Origin: Gemmatimonadales bacterium
Lineage (GTDB): Bacteria > Gemmatimonadota > Gemmatimonadetes > Gemmatimonadales > GWC2-71-9
Length of the DNA stretch: 64,000 nt
Assembly: GCA_037189525.1 (NCBI GenBank)
Contig: JBBCJC010000002.1
Coordinates: 448,001-512,000, forward strand
Direction of reading: 5' to 3'
The stretch's first letter is position 1, and each line of letters opens with the position of its first letter. This document shows, piece by piece, positions 1-11,602 of this stretch. The position numbers were made by a program, and so were the translations under genes. The notes below the pieces were generated by a model. The model was not told the DNA's origin. It saw only the letters and a program-made list of their open reading frames with translations, and searched no databases.

Positions 1-2
1 GC

Positions 3-1514
3 AGTTCAGGCGGAACGTTCGAGCCTTTCGCAAACGAGTGGTCCGACGGGCCGGACCTGGTTCGCTGGTTTGCGCGGCAACCGTGGTCCAACGGCAAGGT
101 CGGACTGTGGGGCGGCTCGTACGGCGGTTTCTACCAGTGGGCCATCGCCAAGAACCGTCCGGCTGAGTTGGTGTCGATGGCGCCGGTGGCATCGGCGCAT
201 CCGGGCGTGGATTTTCCTCAGCTGCGCAACATTTTCCGCTCCTATGCCATTCAGTGGCTCACCTATACCAGTGGCGCCGCGCCGCAGGCCAATCTCTTCG
301 GCGACGGGTCGTTCTGGATCTCGAAGTACGGCGAGCGATTCCTGCAGCACAAAGCGTTTGCGTCACTCGACACCATCGTCGGCAACCTGACCACCTACTA
401 TCAGAAGTGGATGCAGCACCCGACCGAGGACGCATATTGGCAGGCCATGACGCCGACCCGGGAGGAATACGCCAAGCTCGACCTTCCGGTCCTCACCATC
501 ACCGGCTACTTCGACGGCGACCAGATCGGCGCGATGACCTACTATCGGCGCCATCTCGCTGCCGCGCCGCCTGCTGCGCGCGATCGGCACTATCTGATTC
601 TCGGCCCGTGGGATCATCCCGGCACTCGCACTCCGGTGCCGTCGATCGGCGGCTTGACCTTTGGCGCCGCGAGTGTGCTCGACATGAATCAGTTGCACCG
701 CGAGTGGTACGACTGGACCATCAAGAGCGGCCCCAAGCCGGCCTTCCTCAAGAAGCGGGTTGCCTACTGGGTCATGGGTGCTGGACCATCGGACGGCGAG
801 TGGAAGTATGCCGACAACCTCGATGCCATATCCGATTCGACGCAGACGTTCTATCTCGATGCTGCCGACGGGGGTAACGACGTGCTGCACTCGGGCAAAC
901 TCACGGCCGCCCGCGCTCCGGCGGCCCGGAAACCCGGGCAGTGGACCTATGACCCGCTCGACGTGCGCGGGTACGCCATCGAGACGAAAGCTCCGCCCGC
1001 CGACTACTACAAGATGCAGGCGCCGGTGTTCAACCTGTTCGGAAACGGACTGGTCTATCACACGGAACCGTTTGCGGAGGCGACGGAGATCAGCGGATAC
1101 CCGAAGCTGACTGCCTACATCGAGATGGATGTGCCGGATACGGATTTTGAAGTCACGCTCTACGAGGTGCTGCCCGACGGGAGCGCCATCTACCTTGCCG
1201 ATGACGCTCTGCGCGCGCGCTATCGTGAGTCGGCGTCGGTGGCCAAGCTCGTCACGCCCGGCGAGGTCACGCGTTACCGGTTCGAACAGTTCACCTTTTT
1301 CTCGCGCGTGATCGGGAAGGGGAGCCGGCTCCGGCTGGTGATTCGTTCGATCAACTCGCTTGCCTGGGAAAAGAACTACAACTCGGGCGGGGTGGTGAAT
1401 CGGGAGACCGGACGGGATGCGCGGACCGCCCGTGTCCGCCTCCACAACGACAGTCGGTACCCGAGCGCGCTCGAACTCCCGGTAGTTCGGCCCGGGCGCA
1501 ATCGGGCCGACTAG
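3..1514 (+). CDS. CocE/NonD family serine hydrolase (5'-truncated by window edge)
   Basis: Frame open from base 3 reads ...[21 protein letters not shown] (GxSYxG nucleophile), ILGPWDH catalytic His, C-terminal PepX-like domain (DVPDTDF..LYEV); paralogous to 54630-56405. Confidence 0.9.
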   Translation, partial: SSGGTFEPFANEWSDGPDLVRWFARQPWSNGKVGLWGGSYGGFYQWAIAKNRPAELVSMAPVASAHPGVDFPQLRNIFRSYAIQWLTYTSGAAPQANLFGDGSFWISKYGERFLQHKAFASLDTIVGNLTTYYQKWMQHPTEDAYWQAMTPTREEYAKLDLPVLTITGYFDGDQIGAMTYYRRHLAAAPPAARDRHYLILGPWDHPGTRTPVPSIGGLTFGAASVLDMNQLHREWYDWTIKSGPKPAFLKKRVAYWVMGAGPSDGEWKYADNLDAISDSTQTFYLDAADGGNDVLHSGKLTAARAPAARKPGQWTYDPLDVRGYAIETKAPPADYYKMQAPVFNLFGNGLVYHTEPFAEATEISGYPKLTAYIEMDVPDTDFEVTLYEVLPDGSAIYLADDALRARYRESASVAKLVTPGEVTRYRFEQFTFFSRVIGKGSRLRLVIRSINSLAWEKNYNSGGVVNRETGRDARTARVRLHNDSRYPSALELPVVRPGRNRAD

Positions 1515-1584
1515 CGGGCGGTCCTTCCGGCCAGACGGCGGAGTGGTAAGTTCCCGGTCATCGCATGCCCGGTGAAATCGCGTT

Positions 1585-2451
1585 ATGCCCGTATCGCCCT
1601 CCACCCGGAAGCGTCCTGCCCTCATGCTCGTGCTCGGCGTCGGCGCCGCCGTCCTGCTGGCAGTGCTCCTGATCGGTGGGTCTTTCCTCACCGTCAAGAC
1701 CACGGGGGCGCCCTGGGGTTCTTCGGTGCGCAGCGGCGACGCCATCGTCACCATGATGACTCGGCTCGAGCCCTATATGCCCGGGCTGCACCGGAATCCG
1801 GCCAACGACCGCTATACCGTCGGACTCCTGGTCCATTCCGCCAGTGACGGCGCGCGCGGGCGGTTCGTCGAACTCGCCTCGGGCCAGCGTCCGTCCGACC
1901 TCAAGGCCAAGCTCGGTCCGGTGGACGGCAGCCGAGTCTGGTTCGTGGCAGGAACCCCCGGGGTATACGACGTGCGGAGCGAGCGAGTCGACCGACGGCC
2001 CGACGGGCAGCCTCCGTCGCGTCCCTTCACACCTGCGGACCTGGCGACCGGTCGCGATGCACTCCGCCTGATGCTAGTCGATCCCGGGTCGCCGCCCAGG
2101 ATTGGAAGTGTTGCGCTGCCGGGCGGGGAAGGGATGTACCAGACTGGATTCCTGCGTACTGAGCCTCAGGGTGAGATCCTGCGCCTTGCCGGCGACAATG
2201 TGCTGCTCCTGTTCGAGTCGAAGCCCTATCGCGCCGGGACCGTGATGGTGGCGCGGGTTGGATCCGACGGCTCGATGCAATGGACGCTCGATACCGGCAT
2301 CGGCGAGCTGCGCGAGGTGTTTCCCGACCCCGCGTTCCCGGCGCTGATCGGCGACCGGCCTCGTGAGCCCGGCAAGGTCCCCGAACCGATCCTGGTCACC
2401 GTCGATGTCGGCGCCGGTCGAGTCACGACCCGTACGCTCTGGCTCGACTGA
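1585..2451 (+). CDS. Hypothetical membrane-anchored protein
   Basis: 288 aa ORF with N-terminal hydrophobic helix and GC3-rich codons; 6 bp gap to next ORF. Confidence 0.7.
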   Translation: MPVSPSTRKRPALMLVLGVGAAVLLAVLLIGGSFLTVKTTGAPWGSSVRSGDAIVTMMTRLEPYMPGLHRNPANDRYTVGLLVHSASDGARGRFVELASGQRPSDLKAKLGPVDGSRVWFVAGTPGVYDVRSERVDRRPDGQPPSRPFTPADLATGRDALRLMLVDPGSPPRIGSVALPGGEGMYQTGFLRTEPQGEILRLAGDNVLLLFESKPYRAGTVMVARVGSDGSMQWTLDTGIGELREVFPDPAFPALIGDRPREPGKVPEPILVTVDVGAGRVTTRTLWLD

Positions 2452-2457
2452 GGCGCC

Positions 2458-2844
2458 ATGAAGACCCGACTGGCTGGACTGGTTCTGATCATACTCGGCG
2501 TGCTTTCGGCGGTGTTCTTCGTCTACCTGCCGATGCTGGGCGATGACGTGGGCCCTCTCAGTCGCACGCGCACCAAGGCGCTGGTGTTCGTTCCGCTCAT
2601 GATTGTGACGGGGCTGGCCTTTGCGATCGGCGGGCCTCCGGCCCTGGAGGCCTTCCAGGCGCGGCCCAAGTCACGGGGGCAGTTGGCCTTTGTGCTCGGG
2701 ATCATCATCGGATCCGACCTCCTCACCGGACTCGGCTACTGGCAGCTGAAGCAGCGCGCTCCCCGCCCGCCCGAACCGGAAGTGATCCTGGACGTCCGGC
2801 CCCAGGTACCGCAGGTGGCCAACCCGCAATTCAATCCGAAGTAA
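2458..2844 (+). CDS. Hypothetical membrane protein (about 3 TM)
   Basis: GAGG SD before ATG; three hydrophobic segments. Confidence 0.7.
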   Translation: MKTRLAGLVLIILGVLSAVFFVYLPMLGDDVGPLSRTRTKALVFVPLMIVTGLAFAIGGPPALEAFQARPKSRGQLAFVLGIIIGSDLLTGLGYWQLKQRAPRPPEPEVILDVRPQVPQVANPQFNPK

Positions 2845-2945
2845 ATGTTGGCGATGCCACCGACCGCACTGATGGGCGACAGAAGCCCCACGTTGGCGCC
2901 GCGCGGCAACGTGATGCGCGCCAAGCATTGTTGTGCTCGGGTCGA

Positions 2946-3803
2946 CTAGATGGTCGGCAGGATGGTGCGCACGTGAGAGGCAAACGCGCGAACCACCGCG
3001 GATGGTTGCTCGCTGTCGATCGTGAGCGCGATCCCGACGTTCGGCAGCGGCGGCAAACCGGACTCGGCAGTTAGAATGCGCAGATCGTCCGGAACGGCGG
3101 TCCGGGTCAGCACGGCGATGGCCTGACCCGAGCGAACCACCGCGATCAATCCCGTCAGACTGGCGCTGGCGTAGGCGACTCGATAGGCGCGCCTCGCGGC
3201 GTCGAGTCCCCGCCGCGCCGCGCGATGATCGAGCGTATCGGAGTCGGAGAGCGCCAGCCGGAGCGGACGGCGATTCGGCGCGTTCGATCCGACGGCGCTG
3301 ACCCAGACCAGTGGCTCGCGCCGGATCACGGCGACACCCTGGGCGTCCTCCGCAAACGAGGTCAGGGCCAGATCGAGTTGATGGCGCTCCAGGCGTTCGA
3401 GCAGGCGCGGGGTGTGGGCGCAATGCACTTCGACCAGGACCTTCGGGTGTTCCCGCGCAAAGCCGCGCAGCAGCTGCGGCAGCATCGTCACCGCGTAGTC
3501 GTCCGGACAGCCGAATCGAATGGTGCCCGTCAGGCCCTTGCCCGAAAGCTCCGCAAGGGCTTCGTCGTGATACTGGAGGAGCCGCTGCGCATGAGCCAGC
3601 AGCCGGATGCCGTGCGGGGTCAGCAGCACCCCTCGGCCGGTCCGCTCCAGCAGGACCTGGCCGGCAGTTCGCTCCAGTTTCTTCACCTGCAGGCTGATGG
3701 CCGCTTGGGTCCGGCCGACGCGGGCTGCCGCGCGGCTCAGCGCACCGGTTTCCGCGATCGCGATGAAGGTGCGTAGCAGATCGAGGTCGAGGCCGTCATT
3801 CAT
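2946..3803 (-). CDS. dgdR: LysR-family transcriptional regulator, probable DgdR
   Basis: N-terminal LDLDLLRTFIAIAETGALSRAAARVGRTQAAISLQVKKLE HTH; divergent from dgdA as in the Burkholderia dgdR-dgdA locus. Confidence 0.85.
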   Translation of the reverse strand: MNDGLDLDLLRTFIAIAETGALSRAAARVGRTQAAISLQVKKLERTAGQVLLERTGRGVLLTPHGIRLLAHAQRLLQYHDEALAELSGKGLTGTIRFGCPDDYAVTMLPQLLRGFAREHPKVLVEVHCAHTPRLLERLERHQLDLALTSFAEDAQGVAVIRREPLVWVSAVGSNAPNRRPLRLALSDSDTLDHRAARRGLDAARRAYRVAYASASLTGLIAVVRSGQAIAVLTRTAVPDDLRILTAESGLPPLPNVGIALTIDSEQPSAVVRAFASHVRTILPTI

Positions 3804-3806
3804 CTC

Positions 3807-3821
3807 ATAAGTTTAGCTAAT
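3807..3821. promoter_or_regulatory. Putative LysR binding box (T-N11-A)
   Basis: ATAAGTTTAGCTAAT imperfect dyad, T3808-N11-A3820, in the AT-rich divergent intergenic region. Confidence 0.55.
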
Positions 3822-3892
3822 ATCTCTGATAACATCTATTAGGTGGGATTGCGGCTAGCGAGAGGTGCGGAGTAGTGTCCCTTTGTCCCTGA

Positions 3893-5209
<1,317 letters not shown>

Positions 5210-5252
5210 CTCCCACGCGATCGTCGATATCGGGGAGGCGCCGTAAATGCCG

Positions 5253-5281
5253 CAGCGACTCCGAGTGGAGCGGAGTCGCTG
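5253..5281. terminator. Hairpin between convergent genes
   Basis: CAGCGACTCCG-N7-CGGAGTCGCTG, perfect 11-bp stem; no U tract. Confidence 0.45.
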
Positions 5282-5326
5282 AGGCCGCTGTCGAGGACTA
5301 CCGCAAGCTGCGCTGGAGGCCACTGA

Positions 5327-5788
5327 CTAGAACGTGACGTCGAACGCGCCCTCGGTCACGACTTTGTTGCCGGTAGCTCCGGTGCCCGCGAGGGGACCCG
5401 CCGTGAACTGAAAAGTTCCCTTGGCTCCCGTGGCCGAGATCGAGGTCACCGTGAAGCTGCCGCTGCCGGTCGTGATTGCGGCCTGCCAGCCGGCGGAACC
5501 GGTCGTGACGGAGAAGTTGGTCGGGTTGGTGGCTCCGACCGTGAAGGTGCCTGGAGCCGCGACTTGGCCTCCGAGCCCGATGGTTCGTCCCTGGCCGTCG
5601 GTGCCGGCGATGGCGAGGATGCCGCCCGAGTAGGTCGCGGCGATCGCAACGCTTGCATTGAAGTTCGATCCATCGATTTTGGCGCTCATCGATCCGTTGG
5701 CGAGTCCGGGCCCGGCTGGGTCGGACCCGCATCCGGCCATCGTCGCTGCCAGTACCAGACCCGCCAGACCCGCGAACATTGCCCGCAT
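5327..5788 (-). CDS. Hypothetical lipoprotein
   Basis: Signal peptide with lipobox MAGC; AGGAG SD; Gly/Thr-rich beta-type sequence. Confidence 0.8.
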   Translation of the reverse strand: MRAMFAGLAGLVLAATMAGCGSDPAGPGLANGSMSAKIDGSNFNASVAIAATYSGGILAIAGTDGQGRTIGLGGQVAAPGTFTVGATNPTNFSVTTGSAGWQAAITTGSGSFTVTSISATGAKGTFQFTAGPLAGTGATGNKVVTEGAFDVTF

Positions 5789-5917
5789 GGGAGAACTCCT
5801 CGTACGTAGAACGTTGAACCCGCCTCTCGACGGGACTCTGTCACCCGACTACCGTTATTCCTGGCTTCATTCGGAGCCGTCGTATCTCCCATTGCGTCGC
5901 CGGGCGGGAAAACCGTC

Positions 5918-6454
5918 ATGACCTCGAATAGTCCTCCCGACCGGGAGGCCGTGGATCGACTCTTCAGCGCCGCGTATGAGGAACTCCGCCGCCTGGCAGG
6001 GATCGTCCGTCGGGGTGACCGAGGCGTCACCTTGAGCCCGACGGCCCTGGTTAACGAGGCTTGGCTCAAACTGGTCGCCTCGCCCCCCGCCAACATCGAA
6101 TCGGTTCTCCATTTCAAACGGGTCGCCGCGCGGGCCATGCGCCAGGTGCTGGTCGAAGCCGCCCGCCGCCGGACGGCGGACAAGCGGGGCGGTCCGGACC
6201 TCGCCCTGGTGACGTTCGACGAATCGCTCGAGTTGGCGCCGGCCTCGGGCAGCGACCTGCTCGAACTCGACTCCGCACTCGAGGCCCTCGCTCGGTTGAG
6301 CGCCCGGCAGGCGGCGCTGGTCGAACTGCGCTGCTTCGGCGGTTTCGATATTCCCGAATGCGCGGCGATGCTCGAGGTCTCTGAAGCAACGCTCTCCCGC
6401 GACTGGCGATCGGCCCGGGCCTGGCTGGCCGTCGAACTCGAACGCGGACGGTAA
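5918..6454 (+). CDS. ECF sigma factor, TIGR02999/ECF43-like (kinase-associated type)
   Basis: YEELRRLA, TLSPTALVNEAWLKL, AARAMRQVLVEAARRR..KRGG, RDWRSARAWL motifs. Confidence 0.85.
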   Translation: MTSNSPPDREAVDRLFSAAYEELRRLAGIVRRGDRGVTLSPTALVNEAWLKLVASPPANIESVLHFKRVAARAMRQVLVEAARRRTADKRGGPDLALVTFDESLELAPASGSDLLELDSALEALARLSARQAALVELRCFGGFDIPECAAMLEVSEATLSRDWRSARAWLAVELERGR

Positions 6455-6459
6455 CTGCC

Positions 6460-6552
6460 ATGAACCCCGAACGGTGGGAACGGAAACGCCGAAACGGCCT
6501 CCGCGGAAACGATGCTCAGCAGGGCGCTGGTCAGTCTGGAGTGCTACGATGA
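6460..6552 (+). pseudogene. Probable remnant of the ECF-associated Ser/Thr kinase gene (N-terminal stub)
   Basis: ATG 5 bp after the sigma stop encodes MNPERWERKRR..., the typical MxPERW start of these kinases, then stops at codon 31. Confidence 0.45.
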
Positions 6553-6625
6553 GGTCTATCACGACAAGCCCTATCAGAGCTGACGGCTCAATCCCGCTGA
6601 CCGCACCTCGGGTGCGAGGTCGCGG

Positions 6626-8506
6626 CTAGTTCGTTCCCGTGGCCGTGGCCTCGATGACCCGCGCGTTCTCAGCGCAACGCGAGGTGTTCACGTTCCCTCC
6701 GGTCGCCACGATGGTCCACGGCGTCGTCAGGGCTGCCCCAGGGCCCCAGATATCCGACCATCCGGCCAGCGTGGAGAAGTCCGGCATCGCGAGTACCGCG
6801 GTGGCGCCGCCGATCCACGCCGGCGTGGCGATCAACTCGACGAATCGCGGTGTCCCGGTGGTCTGACGGTACCGGAACAGCACCGGCGCATCATATTCGA
6901 GCGACATCCCGAAGGACGCTTGGAGTCGCTTGTAGTTGCCGCCGAGTGAAGTGATGACCGGATTCCCGATCTCGGCGCCGAACGTCACCGTTCGGGGTGC
7001 CAGGGTGTGGAACGATTCGGTCACCGTCCGGCTCATCGGTCCGGAGGCCGTCACGATGCGGAGCTGGTGGTAGTCGTCCGGCCGTTGCTGGGCCGCCGCG
7101 ACTCCGAACATCGTCGTCGTGGGTGTGGCGGGCGCCTGGTTGATCATGCCCCGATCGCAAGTCGACCGCGCCAGGTAGTACATCTCCTGGAGCAAGCCGT
7201 GTCCGGCCGTGGCGCCCACGATGGTCAAGGGGGCGGTTGCCGGAGCGACCGACTCGGTCGCGCTGAAGTCGAGCGCGGGCATCGTGGTACCGTCCGCGAA
7301 GTTCTGGTCGCGCCGGATGATGATCCGGTCGGTGGCTGCCGGTAGCCCCGCAAAACGGTATGCCACCAGATCGCGATCGCCGCTGGGCACGCCGGCCATC
7401 GTGAAGGTCGGAAACAGGGCCGACGGCGCCCCGATGGCCCCGCCGAGATTGAGGAGCACCGCCTGTTGCCCGGTGAGACCGGTGACCGATCCGTTGATGA
7501 TTTTGATGTTGACCGGCAGCGGTGGACAGGCCACGATCTGAGCGGCAGTCATCTCTGCCCGGGTCATGAACTGGATGTTCGTGGTGGTCGACGAGCCGGC
7601 GCTTTGCCGGGCAACGTGCGCAAACGCAGCAAGCGGCGAGTCGACGGTGAACCGGAACACGCCGCCGGTGGCAGTTACCGGGGTCCACGGACCGTCGCCG
7701 TCGCGATAGGCGCCCCAGATAGCGTACGGACTGCCGCAACCACTGAAGTCGAATACCGCGTTGCCGGTTCCCGTAACCGCAGTCACCGAGACTTGAACAC
7801 TGGTGACTTTGTCCGGCAGGCCGGCGGCGGTGCCGCGGATCGTCAGGGTATAGGTACCGGCTGCAAGTCCCGCCGCTGCAATGATCGTGAGCGACGAGGT
7901 GGTTCCCGTGGCGGCTGCGGGATTGAAGGACGTGGTCAGACCGGCCGGGGCGCCTTCGACGGTCAGCTGGACGGTCCCGGCAAACCCGGCGGTCCGCGCG
8001 ATGTTCACGGTCACCTGGCGGTCGCTGCCTTGGGGGACCGAGAGCGGCGAGCCGGTCACGGTCAGTTCATACGTCGGGGTGGGTGCGGCCGTGACCGTGA
8101 GGGAAAACGAGCCGGTCGCATCGTTGACGCCGCTCCCCCGGGCCCGAAGGGTCAGATTGGTCAGGCCGGGTGCTGCCGCCATGGTGGCTGCGAACGTCAC
8201 CGTGATCGTAGTGATCGTTCCGGAGGTCGACTCGTTCGATTGGGTCGCCGTGACTCCGGTGGGGAGTCCTTCGACTGCCAGGGTGACGGCGCCGGTGAAG
8301 TTGCCGGCCCGGGTGACGAGCACGGTGATCGCGAAGCTCGCCCCCTGCTGAATGGTGGTGTTCCCCACATTCATCGCCAGCGAGATGATGCCGGCCGGGG
8401 GTGGGGGCGGGGGCGGCGGTGGTGGCGGCGCGGGAGGGTTAGGTGTCGTGGAGCCTCCGCAACCGATCACGATTGCGAGGATTCCCAGGCCAATCATCTT
8501 CCGCAT
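6626..8506 (-). CDS. Large surface lipoprotein with poly-Pro linker and two tandem Ig-like repeats
   Basis: GGAGA SD before ATG 8506; lipobox VIGC; poly-Pro; repeats GNFTGAVTLAVEGLPTGVT and GFAGTVQLTVEGAPAGLT. Confidence 0.8.
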   Translation of the reverse strand: MRKMIGLGILAIVIGCGGSTTPNPPAPPPPPPPPPPPAGIISLAMNVGNTTIQQGASFAITVLVTRAGNFTGAVTLAVEGLPTGVTATQSNESTSGTITTITVTFAATMAAAPGLTNLTLRARGSGVNDATGSFSLTVTAAPTPTYELTVTGSPLSVPQGSDRQVTVNIARTAGFAGTVQLTVEGAPAGLTTSFNPAAATGTTSSLTIIAAAGLAAGTYTLTIRGTAAGLPDKVTSVQVSVTAVTGTGNAVFDFSGCGSPYAIWGAYRDGDGPWTPVTATGGVFRFTVDSPLAAFAHVARQSAGSSTTTNIQFMTRAEMTAAQIVACPPLPVNIKIINGSVTGLTGQQAVLLNLGGAIGAPSALFPTFTMAGVPSGDRDLVAYRFAGLPAATDRIIIRRDQNFADGTTMPALDFSATESVAPATAPLTIVGATAGHGLLQEMYYLARSTCDRGMINQAPATPTTTMFGVAAAQQRPDDYHQLRIVTASGPMSRTVTESFHTLAPRTVTFGAEIGNPVITSLGGNYKRLQASFGMSLEYDAPVLFRYRQTTGTPRFVELIATPAWIGGATAVLAMPDFSTLAGWSDIWGPGAALTTPWTIVATGGNVNTSRCAENARVIEATATGTN

Positions 8507-8653
8507 AGCGTCTCCGACCGTTCCGCCGACAATGGTGATGTGAGTTCGGGCACATACCATTGCGCGGTGCGATCGGAAAAACGGTCACGGCATGGTCAGG
8601 TCAGGCGGGCCAGCAGCGGCGTCTGCCACAACCGTCCCTCGAAGAACAGGCCT

Positions 8654-9025
8654 TCACGTCGATCCCAGGTGCGTTGCCCGGAAGGCCGTGGAGAACTTGA
8701 GGCCAAAGCCCAGCGCGCGGTCCATTCCGATGTGCGCGAGCCAGATGAGCGCGAGGGGCCACGCCGCCTGGACCTGGCCGAAGTAGCCGACTGCCGCGAG
8801 CGCCGCGGGGCCGAGGTAGAGATGCAACGCGTTGTAGGTCATGGCGCCGACGCGCGGTCCGGCTGCGTACCCGATCATCCCCAGGTCCGGAGCAAGGAGC
8901 AGGAGCGCAAACATCGCCCACGAACCGCCGATGGCGTAATAAGCGACTACCGCAACGACGAGAAGCGTCATCCCTTCGATGCGCAGCAACAGGCGTGGTG
9001 TTCCCGATACGGGCGTGTCCATCAT
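8654..9025 (-). CDS. DUF4260 family membrane protein
   Basis: LLRIEG..LLAPDL.M.GY..YNALH..WLAHIGMDRALGFGLK..F..THLG pattern. Confidence 0.85.
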   Translation of the reverse strand: MMDTPVSGTPRLLLRIEGMTLLVVAVVAYYAIGGSWAMFALLLLAPDLGMIGYAAGPRVGAMTYNALHLYLGPAALAAVGYFGQVQAAWPLALIWLAHIGMDRALGFGLKFSTAFRATHLGST

Positions 9026-9112
9026 CGATCCTCGGGATCAGAACTGTATGGTCCTCGGCGGGCTCGAGGCGGGAATGTCCCGCCTCGCGACGGGGCGTCG
9101 CTGCTCACCGAG

Positions 9113-10471
9113 CTACGACGTCGGATGGTTGAGTACCCAATGTGAGACTTCGGGATAGACCTGCGCGGTGCGCATCGGATAGTCCCGGACCATCCGACGG
9201 GCCGCGTCCTCGAATCCGCGCTGCATGGCGCCGGATGCGGGAGTGCGCGGTGCCGTCAAACCCAGTGTCGCCGTCAGGTCGACGTCGGGTGGCACGGGAA
9301 TGTCCGTTCGTGGCACCGACCGCGAGAGGGTATCGGCGACACTCCGTATGCCCGCGTGCTTTCGTTCCTGGACCCGCGCATTGAACCCATCGGCCGGGTC
9401 GAACTTGTCGGCCAGGAGTTGCAGGAACGAGGTATGGTCCAGCAACTCCTGATAGGGGACACCGCGTTCGACCAGCGGTGAGACGATCAAGCTCGGTACG
9501 CGAACCCCGAGGGTGCTGAACGGGCGGGTGAAGACCGCGTTCGGTCCGGGAACGAAGGGTATCGGAGGCGGGGCCACATGATCGAAGAAGCCGCCGTGCT
9601 CGTCGTACGTGATGACCCACAGCGTGCGTGCCCAGCGCGCCGGATTGACCGTCAACGCCTGATAGGTACGCAGCAACAGGGCCTCGCCCGGGGCCATGGG
9701 CAGCGGCGGATGATTGTCATTCGGTACGATGCCTCCGATTTGCGGGGCATCGGCATATGAAGGCTCGATGATGATGACGCTTGGGAAGTCTCCCGGTTGT
9801 TCGTTGGCGACATCGGCGGCCAGACGTTCGAGGCGACGGAAGTTGGGGCCGAAGATTTCCAGCCGTCCGAGGAGCGCGAAAAACGAAATACCGGCGTGGT
9901 AGACACGCCAGCGGACCTGCCGCTGATCGAGCCAGTCGAACACCATCTGATCGACGGGCGGAAAGATGCCTTTGGTCTCGTCGACCCGGGTGGCGCCGCA
10001 CAGGCTCATGATCCGGTTGGGCTGCGTACTGGTCGGAAGCGACGCGTGCCACTGGTCGCACACGGCGAATTCGTCGGCCAGGAACCGGGTAATCGGCACG
10101 TCCTTCGCCGTGAGGATGCCGAGTGGATCTGGTGTGGTGGTATCCGTCAGGGTCTGGTGCTGAAAGTATTCGCGCGCAAAGCCGTTCATCAGATAGCGAC
10201 CCTGCGCCTCGTTCCAGCCCAGCTGCCGCTCGATCTCATCTCGGGTATGCGGAAGGTCGACGCTCAGCAGGCCGTCCCGCATCAGGAACGGAGAATAGGT
10301 CTCGCCCTGGTAGCGATTGCGGTACGCTGCTTGTGACAGCGGCGAGCTGAGCCCGTTGACCACGGCGCGCGCTCCGGAGCCGGGCAGCGACATGTGACCG
10401 AGCACATGATCGAACGAACGGTTCTCGAGCATCAGGAACACGATGGTATCCACGTTGTCGAGAACACTCAT
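9113..10471 (-). CDS. Phosphoesterase / phospholipase C-like (alkaline phosphatase superfamily)
   Basis: VFLMLENRSFDHVLG, TQPNR, DNHPP, TYDEHGGFFDHVAPP, GVRVPSLIVSP, DHTS motifs. Confidence 0.9.
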   Translation of the reverse strand: MSVLDNVDTIVFLMLENRSFDHVLGHMSLPGSGARAVVNGLSSPLSQAAYRNRYQGETYSPFLMRDGLLSVDLPHTRDEIERQLGWNEAQGRYLMNGFAREYFQHQTLTDTTTPDPLGILTAKDVPITRFLADEFAVCDQWHASLPTSTQPNRIMSLCGATRVDETKGIFPPVDQMVFDWLDQRQVRWRVYHAGISFFALLGRLEIFGPNFRRLERLAADVANEQPGDFPSVIIIEPSYADAPQIGGIVPNDNHPPLPMAPGEALLLRTYQALTVNPARWARTLWVITYDEHGGFFDHVAPPPIPFVPGPNAVFTRPFSTLGVRVPSLIVSPLVERGVPYQELLDHTSFLQLLADKFDPADGFNARVQERKHAGIRSVADTLSRSVPRTDIPVPPDVDLTATLGLTAPRTPASGAMQRGFEDAARRMVRDYPMRTAQVYPEVSHWVLNHPTS

Positions 10472-11061
10472 CGGCAGACCTCGATCGACAGGTCCAGGTG
10501 GGCTGGCGGCGCCTGTTCCGCGCTACCCGCCGATTCGCCGGGCAGGAACGCGGCGCGCAGGTCCCAATCTCCCGCGATCGGGAGGCCGTTCCAATCGCGG
10601 AATGTCGTCGGACCGGATGGAATCACGGTCGAGCGATCTCCGCGGCGCAGCTGTACGGGGCGATCGAAGTTGGTGCGGATGGTCCCGATGACGACATCAT
10701 CATTCCATCGTGGCGGGCCGAGGGGTTCTCCGGCGACGATCGAATCGCGCGTTGCCGAAAGCCGCGTATCGAATGACAGGGCAATCGGTGTCGTCGACGG
10801 TAACGTCACGACGTCCTTCCGGGCCCAGGTGCGCTTGCTGCCCTTGGCAGCCTGGAGTGTATAGGTCGTCGTGTCGGCCTCTGCGGTACCCCGCCGCGTT
10901 ACAACCAGGGATGGGGTGCCGCGGACCCGGTGGGCGATGGCCACCGAGTCGCCTGCGCACACACGCATTGGTGAGACGTCGAAGTGGTGGATTTTCGGTC
11001 CACACCCGGCCAGCAACAGCAAGCAGGGTGCGGACCAAGAGACGCACACGATCGATCGCAT
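10468..11061 (-). CDS. Hypothetical lipoprotein
   Basis: Lipobox LAGC after a hydrophobic stretch; ATGA overlap with the phosphoesterase start. Confidence 0.65.
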   Translation of the reverse strand: MRSIVCVSWSAPCLLLLAGCGPKIHHFDVSPMRVCAGDSVAIAHRVRGTPSLVVTRRGTAEADTTTYTLQAAKGSKRTWARKDVVTLPSTTPIALSFDTRLSATRDSIVAGEPLGPPRWNDDVVIGTIRTNFDRPVQLRRGDRSTVIPSGPTTFRDWNGLPIAGDWDLRAAFLPGESAGSAEQAPPAHLDLSIEVCR

Positions 11062-11092
11062 AGGATGTCCGTCGGGAAACGGAAGACGAACA

Positions 11093-11602
11093 TTATCGAT
11101 TCGATGGGTCGGGCGGTAGGTCGGCTCGCCAGCCCGAGGTAATGTCGACCCATCCTTGGGAGCCACTCAGCTGCTCGAGGTCGGCGAGTGTGAGGCCGAT
11201 GGCCGAGTTGGGACTGCCCGCGGCGGGATAGACGACCTCGAACCGGCGAAGGGACTCATCCAGAAAGACCCGGGTTCCCGGTGGGTTGGCAAAGGGACAG
11301 ACGCCACCGACCGGATGGCCCGTGAGTGGCTCGACCTGCTCGGCCGACAACATGCGAGGCTTCGCGCCAAAGCGACGTTTGAACGAGCCGTTGTGCAACT
11401 TGGCGTCGCCGGCGGTGACGATGAGCAGGGCTTTGGCGGGATCCTCCGGGTCGCCCACGGCAAGCGTTTTCGCAATTCGCTCGGGCTCGGTTCCCACTTC
11501 GGCCGCCGCCAGCGCAACCGTCGCGCTCGATGCGGCGAACTCGAGGATATCATCGGCGCGGCCAAAGGGACGCAGATACTCGCGGACGTGGACGACGGTC
11601 AC
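11093..11602 (-). CDS. YbaK/EbsC family aminoacyl-tRNA editing domain protein
   Basis: [31 protein letters not shown] motifs. Confidence 0.9.
   Translation of the reverse strand: MTVVHVREYLRPFGRADDILEFAASSATVALAAAEVGTEPERIAKTLAVGDPEDPAKALLIVTAGDAKLHNGSFKRRFGAKPRMLSAEQVEPLTGHPVGGVCPFANPPGTRVFLDESLRRFEVVYPAAGSPNSAIGLTLADLEQLSGSQGWVDITSGWRADLPPDPSNR

Noticed and set aside
8395..8445. G-run tract resembling a G-quadruplex or simple repeat
   Set aside because: Explained by the poly-proline linker encoded on the minus strand
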